64,000 nt of DNA. Source: Burkholderia sp. (GTDB lineage: Bacteria > Pseudomonadota > Gammaproteobacteria > Burkholderiales > Burkholderiaceae). This document shows, piece by piece, positions 9,801 through 17,500 of the stretch. The stretch is from assembly GCA_040946965.1 (NCBI GenBank), contig JAYFRU010000001.1, forward strand, positions 74-64,073, written 5' to 3'. How positions within the stretch are numbered: position 1 is the first letter of the stretch; each line of letters starts with the position of its first letter. A model generated the notes under the pieces. It did not search any database, had not been told where the DNA came from, and saw nothing but the letters and a program-made list of their open reading frames with translations. A program made the position numbers and the translations under genes.

Positions 9801-11520
9801 ACTCGCGCTGGCCGGCGGCGTGGCTGCGGCACTGAGCGTCGAGGGGCTGGGGCATCTGGCCGATGCCGGCATGCTGTCGCCGCAAGGGCGCTGCCTGAGC
9901 TTCGAGGCGTCCGGCGACGGCATGGTGCTGTCCGAGGCGGTGGGCATGCTGGTGCTCAAGCGCCTGGACCAGGCCATCGCCGACGGCGACGCGATCCACG
10001 GCGTGATCGAGGCCAGCGGCAGCAACCAGGACGGCACCAGCAACGGCATCACGGCGCCCAACGGCCGGGCCCAGGAAGCCCTGCTGAGCGAGACCTGGGC
10101 GCGCCACGGGATCGTGCCGGAGCAGATCAGCCATTTCGAGGTGCACGGCACCGGCACCTCGCTGGGCGATGCGGTGGAGGGCAATGCCATCGGCCGCGCC
10201 TTCGCTCGCGTGAGCGCGCGCCGGGGTTTCTGCGTGATCGGCACCAGCAAGACGCATATCGGGCATACCGGTGCCGCGTCCGGCGCGGTGGGCCTGATCA
10301 AGCTGCTGCTGTCGCTGCGCCATCGCCAGTTGCCGGGGCTGCTGCATTTCGAGCAGGCGAACCCGCTGATCGACTGGAACGGCTCGGCGCTGCGCCTGCC
10401 CGAGGCCACCCTGGCCTGGGACGGCGAGCCCGGCGTGCCGCGTCATGCCGGGCTGAACGCCTTCGGCCACAGCGGCACCAATGTACACATGGTGGTGCGC
10501 GAGTACGGCCCGGGCCCGGGCGATCGGCTCGGCCCGCAACTGCTGGAGCAAGCGCAGGAAGTGCTGCTGCCCTTGTCCGCTGCGGGCGCGCCGCAACTGG
10601 CGCGGATCGCGCGGCGCCTGCTCGACTGCCTCGACGAGGCCGGACATGGCCAGCCGCAGCCGAGCCTGGCCGAGCTGGCCTATACCTGCCAGACCGGCCG
10701 CAGCGCGCTGGCCGAGCGCGCCGTGCTCAAGGCGGCCGATCGGCAGCAACTGCGTGCGCTGCTGCTGGCGCTGGCCGAGCAACGGCCGATGGCCGGCTTG
10801 TGGCGCGGCAGCGTCGATCCGGAACTGACGCCGGCCGCGGCGGCGGAGCGAGCCGGGCTCGACGAGCTGGCGCAATCCTGGGTGCAAGGCGCCGAGGTGG
10901 ACTGGCTGAAGCTCTACGGGCCGGTGCGGCCGCAGCGTTGCCACCTGCCGGCTTACCCGTTCGATCGACAGCATTTCCCCTGGCACCTGGCCTCGTCGCT
11001 GCCGGGCCCGGCAAGCGAGCAGCCGGTGCCGGTACAAGCAGCCGAGCCCGTCGCCGCTGCCGCGCCGGCCTGGCGCTTCGAGCTGGCCGCCAGCGCCGAG
11101 GCCGGTGCCGATCCCCGTGCCAAGGCCACGCAATGGCTGCGCCGCTGGCTGGCGATGCGCCTGCAGCGGCCGGTGCCGGCACTCAACCCGCAGCTCAGCT
11201 ATCGCGAACTCGGCCTCACCTCGCTGGGCCTGGTGGCCTTGAGCGAGGAACTGAGCCGGCTGCTCGGCGTCGCGGTGCTGCCTTCGGTGCTGTTCGAATA
11301 CCCGAGCATCGCGCGCCTGGCCGAGTACCTAGCCGAGCAGCATGCCCCGCTCCTGTTGCGCGTGCAGTTGATCCCGCTGACGGACCAGGACGCGCCCGAC
11401 ACCGGCGCGCCGGCCGAGGCGAGCGCGCCCGATCGCGTGCTGTCCGTGCTGCAAGCCTATCGAAACGGTGCTCTGGACCATGCCCAGGCGCGCGCCCTGC
11501 TGGCCGAGCCCACGCCATGA
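862..11520 (+). CDS. hybrid NRPS / trans-AT PKS megasynthase: carrier-C-A(Gly)-PCP-KS-KR-cMT-ACP-KS-carrier
   Basis: Tracked ORF is 829..11520. ATG 862 is preceded by GAGGAG 847-852; GTG 829 (right after in-frame TAG 826-828) is the alternative start. Domains read from motifs: carrier (DYLSMGFSS, Ser 994-996); C (HHLVID 1582-1599); A (DLAYVLYTSGSTGRPKG 2974-3024, PNGKIDR 3982-4002); PCP (FLEAGGNS, Ser 4180-4182); KS1 (~4381-5640, Cys 4885-4887 in HANCSSS, His 5293-5295 in EAHGTGT, NLGH); ~165-aa flanking linker ending LPTYPFERTRHW; KR (GGVYLIAGGSGTLG 6895-6936); C-MT (LEVGAGTGG 8248-8274); ACP (DYGIDS, Ser 9019-9021); KS2 (~9295-10503, Cys 9739-9741, EVHGTGT, HIGH); linker; carrier (ELGLTS, Ser 11221-11223); short helical tail. 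No AT domain anywhere. Confidence 0.95.
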   Translation: MQSVSPIGETKKALRLLQELVGCELGMPAHEVPVESDYLSMGFSSRGLIGLIQQLGSLLQTKLSPSVLFDYRTLTEFAGYLAEHHARRLAAMETEQGACASQGTHDAPCAVAPLNEAQRGLWFLQKSHPRMAAYNVPLCLRLSSRVSRERMREAGAWLLRRWPMLGASVRRVDGRLVMQAQPGRELAWHEHHASDWSEAQRLSWLGERLAAPFDLDSGPLLRACWLGGEADGGSRLLLVIHHLVIDAVSVGVLLAGLRKTYEDLEAGRSLDGAMDGSAYGAFAAAEAGRLSGADGAACLGYWREQLADAPSNLGLPLDRARGAAPSFQGRTLRRELPPALSESLRAYTERHRVYPSTLLLAVFQGLLSRHAGRDEVVVGMAMDERDAASAGLVGMFVNMLPMRARGLGRRGFGEEVQALQRQLVDAMAHAYPFPALVRELGLSGGDASPLFQAAFLYQDTLDIDALAEVEDWTWEEALYQEGEYELVLEVRSGRQGHALYFKYDPSLWDESTIERWLGHYLHLLEGVLADPQRRLGEHELRGEQELAQLAAWQGEARDWALTPVPALFARQAAVDAQAWAVSDSQQRWRYAELAAHSASIAQRLRAQGFGAGLIVGVCQGRSPWLLASLLGIWQAGAAYVPLDPAYPAERLRYMLEDSGAGVVLSDAEHLSQVQALAGSLPAWAADEPWSTPSTLASLPTPQSQDLAYVLYTSGSTGRPKGVRISHGALSNFLQSMAETPGLKAGDRLLAVTTISFDIAGLELYLPLIGGGECVLCPAEVSRDGRRLKAEVEWVRPNLMQATPATWSMLFHAGWRNTERLKVLCGGEALPARLKQRFDEIGTTVWNLYGPTETTIWSTLAKLDAKESIHIGQPIANTQAYVLDEAGREQPIGIEGELYLGGAGLAQGYHGQPERTSQAFVDHALGRLYKTGDLARWRADGRLEHRGRSDQQVKVNGHRVEPGEIEAVLEQSGLVKQAAVVLREGAHGSQLAAWCVPMNATHGDTWLDPVQVQALQVQLRDRVPAYMQPSIWLGTAGLPQTPNGKIDRQALRARALPAQSDEKASPSATSRSAVRAELESRLLALWAEVLERPAVGRDERFLEAGGNSVAAVLLAERIQAEFGQAFGVAQVFAHTNVAAQAAYLDEVQSLSRPAGAADSPRQEPVASATDIAEDALAIIGIACHFPGAEDHRAFWHNLRTGHDSARLFSPEALRAAGVPERLIADPQYVPVQYGIEGKAEFDAEFFNLPPRTVTRMDPPFRLLLQHAWAAIEDAGYTPEAIPDTAVYMAIGGPLRLAEPTEPGSPGDSDDYVNWLLAQPGTVATMVSYQLGLRGPSYAVHANCSSSLVGMHAAAQSLRSGEVRTALVGAASLFGDDSLGYRYEPGLNFASDGRCKTFDSRADGLVAGEGVAVVLLKRAREAVADGDHIHALLRGIAVNNDGADKAGFYAPSVRGQSEVIEQALRQARVDPARIGYVEAHGTGTRLGDPIEVTALSETYRRHTQATQYCAIGSVKSNLGHLDTAAGLAGCIKLALSLQHGEIPPTLHYQQPNPAIDFAASPFYVAERLQAWPPGPRLAGLSAFGIGGTNTHAILEAHLAEPVEAPADSTQLVVLSARTQERLHAVARQLLDHLDSSASLPSLRDLAYTLQVGRRGMTHRLAFVADDMSSLQRQLSDHLAGRKLGHEGDCDRGQALLQAFEHDGDSARLFAQWAAAGKLDKLAALWVQGLSLDWALLHGTRRPRRVSLPTYPFERTRHWLEAPAVAPAAEPEPLELAPERAWDGMSYLPRWVATPVIAHDGQAAPAPASLLIVVPEASARAGQLLEWCARRWPSAALRLIRLGRENRRLGEAEHVCDSFDDGQALSEALQEGSWPDSVVFLADVDTSAEAASNWPGRPASAEAQLLRVQRALNQGQARQRTDFYLVTIEADAGGASAGGGLSGLAYAMAQGDHRLRLRHLSLDVEAWSASSWWELWAEPASERGERVRFSGGERWRQRFERLDWGSLRDGGLKQGGVYLIAGGSGTLGTAISRYLIKRYRARVIWLGRSRADAPELAARLQALAAGELGPSYLQADLTDAGAVREAVARARQIHGRIDGAIFSAMQRGADAPAERWCPAALAEAVAVKALGARHFHQALLGESLDFLCYYSSVQSFAFLSARDSAAYAVGVAAADRYVQSIRARSPFRVGLIHWGYWQASLAGTALEQDLARHFTGIRADEACVFFERFVAALGQGVLDQAICLKASDSVRELMPSTAADVVAVATTGTPSFLDRFDAAALRSTVAPPDWTELDRRLRGLLCAQLRRLGLFDQAGVSWDGEQLRRKLGVIDDYRRWWDECCTEMLEAEGWIRTRQGRVELLRALSLEQADALWQDWERDKAGYLQDPQLRAALLLVEDCLRQLPEVLLGRTSATSVIFADGSMSKVAGLYQGTAWTDSFNHQVAVTVEAYVRHRLAADPQARLRVLEVGAGTGGTTAKVLPRLAAIGAPMLEYCYTDLSEAFLAQARERHLAEHPYLRTCRCDIERPLAGQGIVPGSYDIVIATNCLHATHDIRATLRHVQAALRCHGVLIANEGVSKSLLGTLTFGLLEGWWLYDDPQLRIAGSPLLDSAHWQALLVEAGMHPVCLDGPGRELQQVWVAQSHGLMRPGGAASVPVLPPAAPSSAAAGEAVAAPAASSPAASGEAASQAAIAAEIRACLADTLKREAAGLADETAFSDYGIDSILSVALVKRLNQRLGIQLGQTVIYDYSTIAALSRHVLEQHGAPAPAVQPRPEAAPSPEPARVETPTSSAAPMLAPATVSAATPPAVEASRPASIAVIGMALQVPDAEDADTFWANLMNGRDSIRELPEAYGRPARGARPRGGALAGRDRFDAAFFGLSPEEAAGMSPAQRLVLEEGWKALEDAGHDPHSLRGSRTAVFVGAEPSGFFQGSFSGSSEAIIASRLSYQLDLKGPALVVNTGCSSGAMAIHLACESLRRSETQLALAGGVAAALSVEGLGHLADAGMLSPQGRCLSFEASGDGMVLSEAVGMLVLKRLDQAIADGDAIHGVIEASGSNQDGTSNGITAPNGRAQEALLSETWARHGIVPEQISHFEVHGTGTSLGDAVEGNAIGRAFARVSARRGFCVIGTSKTHIGHTGAASGAVGLIKLLLSLRHRQLPGLLHFEQANPLIDWNGSALRLPEATLAWDGEPGVPRHAGLNAFGHSGTNVHMVVREYGPGPGDRLGPQLLEQAQEVLLPLSAAGAPQLARIARRLLDCLDEAGHGQPQPSLAELAYTCQTGRSALAERAVLKAADRQQLRALLLALAEQRPMAGLWRGSVDPELTPAAAAERAGLDELAQSWVQGAEVDWLKLYGPVRPQRCHLPAYPFDRQHFPWHLASSLPGPASEQPVPVQAAEPVAAAAPAWRFELAASAEAGADPRAKATQWLRRWLAMRLQRPVPALNPQLSYRELGLTSLGLVALSEELSRLLGVAVLPSVLFEYPSIARLAEYLAEQHAPLLLRVQLIPLTDQDAPDTGAPAEASAPDRVLSVLQAYRNGALDHAQARALLAEPTP
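1761..5643 (+). repeat. copy 1 of a 3,883-bp near-perfect direct repeat (C-domain C-terminal part + A(Gly) + PCP + KS core)
   Basis: This tract is identical to 12221-16103 at a fixed offset of 10,460 nt in every stretch I compared. One difference was seen (C5625 vs T16085, synonymous Thr). The encoded proteins are identical from YWREQLADAPSNLG to GGTNTHAILEA. All spurious six-frame ORFs recur at the same offset. Confidence 0.97.
2551..4002 (+). other. adenylation domain, predicted glycine-specific (copy 1)
   Basis: Specificity-conferring residues were read by alignment to the GrsA-PheA numbering. They are D (3130), I (3133), L (3142) in SFDIAGLE; Q (3259) in MQATP; L (3328) and G (3334) in VLCGGE; L (3400) in NLYGPTE; I (3424), W (3427) in TTIWS; and K (3991) in PNGKIDR. 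Together these give DILQLGLIWK, the canonical Gly code. Confidence 0.85.
8070..8790 (+). other. C-methyltransferase domain 1 (core)
   Basis: The SAM-binding motif is RVLEVGAGTGGTT (LEVGAGTGG 8248-8274), followed by VIATNCLHAT...GVLIANE...FGLLEGWW. Position is KR-MT-ACP. Confidence 0.85.
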
Positions 11521-14500
11521 AGACCGTCATGACCCTGGATCAAATCATCGCCTTGTACGAAGCCGGAAAACTCAGCGGCGATCAGGTAAGCGAAGCATTC
11601 GCGCGCTTGTCTTCCCGGTCCGCCGGCGCCGCCGAGACGGGCGCTGCGGTGGATATCGAACTGAGTGAAACCCAGCGCGGCCTGTGGTCCCTGCAAAAGG
11701 CCCATCCGCAGCTGGCGGCCTACAACGTGCCGCTTTGCCTGCGCCTGCCGGCGGATCTCGATCGCGAACGTTTCCTGCGCGCCTGCGCCAGCCTGCTGGA
11801 ACGCTGGCCGGTGCTAGGCGCCTCGGTCGAGCAGCGCGAGGGGCCGCTGCGCCTGCACGCGGCGTCGGCTGCGAGCCTGTCGCTGGAGCAGGGCGATGGT
11901 TCGGCGTTGAGCGAGAGCGAACGTCTCGACTGGCTGCGTGAACGTATCGAGCAGCCTTTCGACCTGGCCAAGGGGCCGCTGCTGCGCGCGCATTGGCTGG
12001 AGGGTGCCGGCGGCGGCGAAAGCCTGTTCCTGCTAGTGGTCCATCACCTGGTGATCGACGGCGCCTCGGTGGGTTTGCTGTTGGCCGGGCTGCACGAGGC
12101 CTATCGCGCTCTGGAGAGCGGCGAGGCCCTGCCGGCCACCGGCGGCAGCGACGGCTACGCGGGTTTCGTTCGCGCCGAGCGCGCGCGCCTGCAAGGCGAT
12201 GAAGCGTCGAGGCGCCTGGCTTACTGGCGCGAACAGCTGGCGGACGCGCCGAGCAATCTCGGTCTGCCGCTGGATCGCGCGCGCGGCGCGGCGCCGAGCT
12301 TCCAGGGACGCACGCTGCGGCGCGAACTGCCGCCGGCGTTGAGCGAGTCCCTGCGGGCCTACACCGAGCGGCATCGCGTGTATCCGTCCACCTTGCTGCT
12401 GGCGGTGTTCCAGGGCTTGCTGAGCCGCCACGCCGGACGCGACGAGGTGGTGGTCGGCATGGCCATGGACGAGCGCGATGCGGCCAGCGCCGGGTTGGTG
12501 GGCATGTTCGTGAACATGCTGCCGATGCGCGCGCGTGGGCTTGGCCGGCGCGGTTTCGGTGAGGAGGTGCAGGCCCTGCAACGGCAGCTCGTCGATGCGA
12601 TGGCACATGCCTATCCGTTCCCCGCGCTGGTGCGCGAGCTGGGCTTGAGCGGCGGAGACGCCTCGCCCTTGTTCCAGGCCGCGTTTCTCTATCAGGACAC
12701 GCTCGATATCGACGCGCTTGCCGAGGTGGAGGACTGGACCTGGGAGGAAGCGCTTTACCAGGAAGGCGAATACGAGCTGGTGCTGGAGGTGCGCAGCGGC
12801 CGGCAAGGTCATGCGCTGTATTTCAAATACGATCCCAGCTTGTGGGACGAAAGCACGATCGAGCGTTGGTTGGGGCATTACCTGCATCTGCTCGAGGGCG
12901 TGCTGGCCGATCCGCAACGGCGGCTGGGCGAGCACGAATTGCGCGGCGAGCAGGAGCTTGCTCAGTTGGCTGCGTGGCAAGGCGAGGCGCGGGATTGGGC
13001 GCTGACGCCGGTGCCGGCCTTGTTCGCGCGTCAGGCAGCAGTCGATGCCCAAGCCTGGGCGGTGAGCGACTCGCAGCAGCGCTGGCGCTACGCGGAGCTG
13101 GCGGCCCACAGTGCGTCGATAGCCCAGCGCTTGCGCGCGCAAGGATTCGGCGCGGGTTTGATCGTGGGTGTCTGCCAAGGCCGCAGCCCGTGGCTGCTGG
13201 CGAGCCTGCTGGGAATCTGGCAGGCGGGCGCGGCTTACGTGCCGCTCGATCCGGCGTACCCGGCCGAGCGCCTGCGCTACATGCTGGAGGACAGCGGCGC
13301 GGGCGTGGTGCTGAGCGATGCCGAGCATCTGTCGCAGGTTCAAGCGCTGGCAGGATCGCTGCCGGCATGGGCGGCGGATGAACCATGGTCAACGCCCTCG
13401 ACGCTGGCATCCCTGCCCACGCCGCAGTCGCAAGACCTAGCCTATGTGCTCTACACCTCGGGTAGCACCGGGCGTCCGAAGGGCGTTCGCATCAGCCACG
13501 GCGCGCTGAGCAATTTCCTGCAATCGATGGCCGAGACGCCTGGGCTGAAGGCCGGCGATCGCTTGTTGGCCGTCACCACGATCAGCTTCGACATCGCGGG
13601 CCTCGAACTCTACCTGCCGCTGATCGGCGGCGGCGAATGCGTGCTGTGCCCGGCAGAGGTCTCGCGCGACGGCCGGCGCCTGAAGGCGGAGGTCGAGTGG
13701 GTGCGCCCGAACCTCATGCAGGCGACGCCGGCAACGTGGTCGATGCTGTTCCATGCGGGTTGGCGCAACACGGAAAGACTGAAGGTGCTGTGCGGCGGTG
13801 AAGCGCTGCCGGCGCGCCTGAAGCAGCGTTTCGACGAAATCGGCACGACGGTCTGGAACCTATACGGCCCGACCGAAACGACGATCTGGTCGACGCTGGC
13901 GAAGCTCGATGCCAAGGAGTCGATCCATATCGGGCAGCCGATCGCCAACACCCAGGCCTATGTGCTGGACGAAGCCGGCCGTGAGCAGCCGATCGGCATC
14001 GAAGGCGAGCTGTATCTGGGCGGCGCGGGGCTGGCACAGGGTTACCACGGCCAACCGGAACGCACGTCCCAGGCTTTCGTCGATCACGCACTCGGCAGGC
14101 TCTATAAAACCGGCGATCTGGCGCGCTGGCGCGCGGACGGCCGACTGGAACATCGCGGCCGCTCGGACCAGCAGGTGAAGGTGAACGGCCACCGCGTGGA
14201 ACCGGGCGAGATCGAGGCGGTGCTGGAACAATCGGGCTTGGTGAAACAGGCGGCGGTGGTATTGCGCGAAGGCGCGCACGGTTCACAGCTGGCCGCGTGG
14301 TGCGTTCCGATGAATGCAACGCATGGCGACACCTGGCTGGACCCGGTCCAGGTGCAGGCCTTGCAGGTGCAATTGCGCGATCGCGTACCGGCCTACATGC
14401 AGCCGTCGATCTGGCTGGGCACGGCGGGCTTGCCGCAAACGCCGAATGGCAAGATCGACCGTCAAGCGCTGCGTGCTCGCGCCTTGCCGGCACAAAGCGA

Positions 14501-17500
14501 CGAGAAGGCGTCGCCCAGCGCAACCAGCCGCAGCGCCGTCCGAGCGGAGCTGGAATCGCGCCTGCTGGCCCTATGGGCCGAGGTGCTGGAGCGTCCCGCT
14601 GTTGGACGCGACGAGCGCTTCCTGGAAGCCGGCGGCAACTCGGTGGCGGCGGTGCTGCTGGCCGAACGCATCCAGGCCGAGTTCGGCCAGGCATTCGGCG
14701 TGGCGCAAGTCTTCGCACACACCAACGTCGCCGCCCAGGCCGCCTATCTCGACGAAGTGCAGTCCTTGTCGAGGCCGGCCGGCGCCGCCGATTCCCCTCG
14801 CCAGGAACCCGTTGCATCCGCAACCGATATCGCCGAGGACGCGCTGGCGATCATCGGCATCGCCTGCCATTTCCCCGGTGCCGAAGACCATCGCGCGTTT
14901 TGGCACAACCTGCGCACCGGCCACGACAGCGCCCGGCTGTTCAGCCCCGAAGCACTGCGCGCCGCCGGCGTGCCGGAGCGCCTGATCGCCGACCCGCAAT
15001 ACGTGCCGGTGCAATACGGCATCGAGGGCAAGGCCGAGTTCGACGCGGAATTCTTCAACCTGCCGCCGCGTACCGTGACGCGCATGGACCCGCCGTTCCG
15101 GCTGCTGCTGCAGCACGCCTGGGCCGCGATCGAGGACGCCGGCTACACGCCCGAGGCGATCCCCGACACGGCCGTCTACATGGCCATCGGCGGCCCCTTG
15201 CGGCTGGCCGAACCGACCGAGCCGGGCAGCCCCGGCGATTCCGACGACTACGTGAACTGGCTGCTGGCCCAGCCCGGCACGGTGGCCACCATGGTCTCCT
15301 ACCAGCTCGGCCTGCGCGGGCCCAGCTACGCGGTGCACGCGAACTGCTCCTCGTCGCTGGTGGGCATGCACGCGGCCGCGCAGAGCCTGCGCAGCGGCGA
15401 GGTGCGCACCGCGCTGGTGGGCGCGGCCAGCCTGTTCGGCGACGACAGCCTGGGCTACCGCTACGAGCCGGGCCTGAACTTCGCCAGCGACGGCCGCTGC
15501 AAGACATTCGACTCGCGCGCCGACGGCCTGGTGGCCGGCGAGGGCGTGGCCGTGGTGCTGCTCAAGCGGGCACGCGAGGCGGTGGCCGACGGCGACCACA
15601 TCCATGCACTGCTGCGCGGTATCGCGGTCAACAACGACGGTGCCGACAAGGCCGGCTTCTACGCGCCCAGCGTGCGCGGCCAGTCCGAGGTGATCGAGCA
15701 GGCGCTGCGCCAGGCGCGTGTCGATCCGGCCCGGATCGGTTATGTGGAAGCGCACGGCACCGGCACGCGGCTCGGCGATCCGATCGAGGTCACCGCGCTC
15801 AGCGAAACCTATCGGCGCCATACGCAGGCAACGCAGTATTGCGCGATCGGCTCGGTGAAGAGCAACCTCGGCCACCTGGACACGGCAGCCGGGCTGGCCG
15901 GCTGCATCAAGCTGGCGCTGAGCCTGCAGCATGGCGAGATTCCGCCGACGCTGCACTACCAGCAGCCGAACCCGGCGATCGATTTCGCGGCTTCGCCGTT
16001 CTACGTGGCAGAGCGCCTGCAAGCCTGGCCGCCCGGCCCGCGGCTGGCGGGCTTGAGCGCCTTCGGCATCGGCGGCACCAATACTCACGCGATCCTCGAG
16101 GCCTTGCCGCCGTCGGCCGCCCGGCAGCAGCCCGAGCCGGCGCCCGGCGTGCCGCAGGTGCTGCCGCTGTCGGCCATGCAGGCCGACAGCCTGCCGGTGT
16201 ACGCGCGCCGCCTCGCGGCGTTCCTGCGCGGCCCGCATGCGGCCTCGTTGCGCCTGGCCGACCTCGCCTACACGCTGCAGACCGGCCGCCGCGCGATGCG
16301 GGTGCGTTGCGCCTTCGTGGCGGAAACGCTCGATCAATTGCTGGCGGCGCTGGACGACTATACGGGCACGACTGACGCCGACACGTCTTCCCAACCCGCG
16401 CCTGCGGACGGCTGGCAACTGCAGCGCGACGCCCATGCGCTAGCCACCGCCTGGCGGCGGGGCGAGCCGATCGACTGGCACGCGCTGCAGGCGGGCGCGC
16501 CGTGGTTGGCGCGCCGCGTCAGCCTGCCGACCTATCCGTTCGCGCCGAAGCGCTGGCCGCGCGCGGCAGTGCGGGTCGCGCCCGGCGCGCAGGCTGCCGT
16601 GCTGCACCCGCTGCTGCACGGCAATACCAGCGACTTCGCCGGTCATCGCTACAGTTCGCGCTTCGGCGGCGAGGAATTCTTCCTGGCCGATCACGTGATG
16701 GGCGGCCACAAGGTCCTGCCGGGCGTGGCGCATCTGGAAATGGCGCGCGCGGCATTTGCCCAGGCGATCGCCGCTGCATCCATCCCGCTCGAATTGCACG
16801 ACGTGGTGTGGGTCCGCCCGGTCGGCGTGGATGCGGCGCTGGAGGTCCACACGGCCTTACGTCCGCAAGCGGACGGTTCGGCCGAGTTCGAGATCTACAG
16901 CCAGCCCGACGCGGCGGGCGAACGCATCGTGCACAGCCAGGGCCGCGCGATGCCGGTCGAGCCGGCCGCCATCGAGCCGCTGGCGCTGGATGCGCTGCGC
17001 GGACGAATCACGCAGGCGCATCGCGATGCCGCCGCCTATTACCGCGATTTCGAACAGGGCGGTGCCAGCTACGGCCCGGCCTTCCGCGCGCTGGAGCAGC
17101 TCTGGCTGGGCGACGGCCAAGGGCTCGCCAGGCTGGTGCTGCCGGCGGCCCTGCACCAAGGCGCCGAGCGCTACGGCCTGCATCCGAGCCTGCTCGACGC
17201 GGCCGTGCAGGCTGCCTTCATCGGCGTCGACGCGTTGCGCGCCGCCGCTGGTGCAGCGGGCGCGAAGCAGGGCGGCTCCCTGCCGTTCGAACTCAAGCGC
17301 ATGCAATTGTTGGTGCCTTGCCGGCCCGTCATGTGGGCCTGGGTGCGCTATACCCAGGGCCTCAGCGCGGACGACCGGGTGCAGCGCATGGACGTCGATC
17401 TGTGCGACGAGCAAGGGCGCATCTGCGTGCGCCTGCATGGCCTGGCCCGCCTGGCCGCGCCGGCGGCGAAACCCGTCGCCCCATCGTCACGGCTGCAACT

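Noticed and set aside
7860-11516. The 5' 3.6 kb of tracked ORF 7860..30614, which would make an 7,584-aa protein.
   Set aside because: This part overlaps gene 1 in another frame and translates to Arg/Gly/Ala-rich nonsense. The recognisable protein begins at ATG 11517 (MKTVMTLDQ...), exactly at the gene 1 stop.
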